From assembly GCF_030684315.1 (NCBI RefSeq), contig NC_081370.1:49494728-49558727 (forward strand): a stretch of 64,000 nucleotides of DNA. Direction: 5' to 3'. Under the pieces are notes generated by a model. It did no database searches, was not told where the DNA came from, and saw only the letters and a program-made list of their open reading frames with translations. The stretch is from Stegostoma tigrinum. Lineage: Eukaryota. Shown here piece by piece: positions 63,719 to 64,000 of this stretch (its first letter is position 1; every line of letters begins with the position of its first letter). The translations under genes and the position numbers were made by a program.

Positions 63719-64000
63719 TGTCTAGGTATTTTTTCTACACAACCTGTTCAGATGTGTTATGATACACCTCTGAAGCTCATAGGACTTGAATCCAGGCCTT
63801 CTGGCTCTAAGTTAGGGGCACTACCAATGTACCACAAGAGACCCATTTTTCTATGCTTCAATCTGATGCTGCCTATGTTGTTCAGCTGATCCAATATTGC
63901 TTGTTTGTTTCAATACCTCAGTCAGGGGTTTAGCCTGCATTGCTTAAAAACAAGGGGGCTAATGAGCTCACACAGCTCGATGGCTATCATGTGGTTCAAA

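Overview
This is non-genic, repeat-rich vertebrate DNA. The repeat inventory (HE1/V-SINE-type tRNA SINEs, many CR1 LINE fragments with (CATAGAA)n-type tails, Penelope-like elements) points to a cartilaginous fish (shark); that assignment is an inference. I found no intact host gene. The ORFs I could assign are retrotransposon or transposon remnants, their antisense shadows, or simple repeats. The window holds CR1, a second CR1/L2-group LINE, Rex-Babar, decayed Gypsy, Harbinger-like relics, two SINE families, a Tigger-like MITE and solo-LTR-like repeats. The most notable structure is a dense set of Penelope-like element (PLE) termini from three families. Each family carries a minimal hammerhead-ribozyme core (CUGANGA-hairpin-GAAA-palindrome). 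Many copies are inserted as fold-back palindromes with 10-17 bp target-site duplications (TSDs) and a ~35-nt tail on only one arm, and their breakpoints cluster at the ribozyme. There are also two short, near-perfect inverted duplications of otherwise unique local sequence (147 bp and 89 bp), one flanked by an 11-bp direct repeat. Boundaries of old repeats are approximate and were read by eye.
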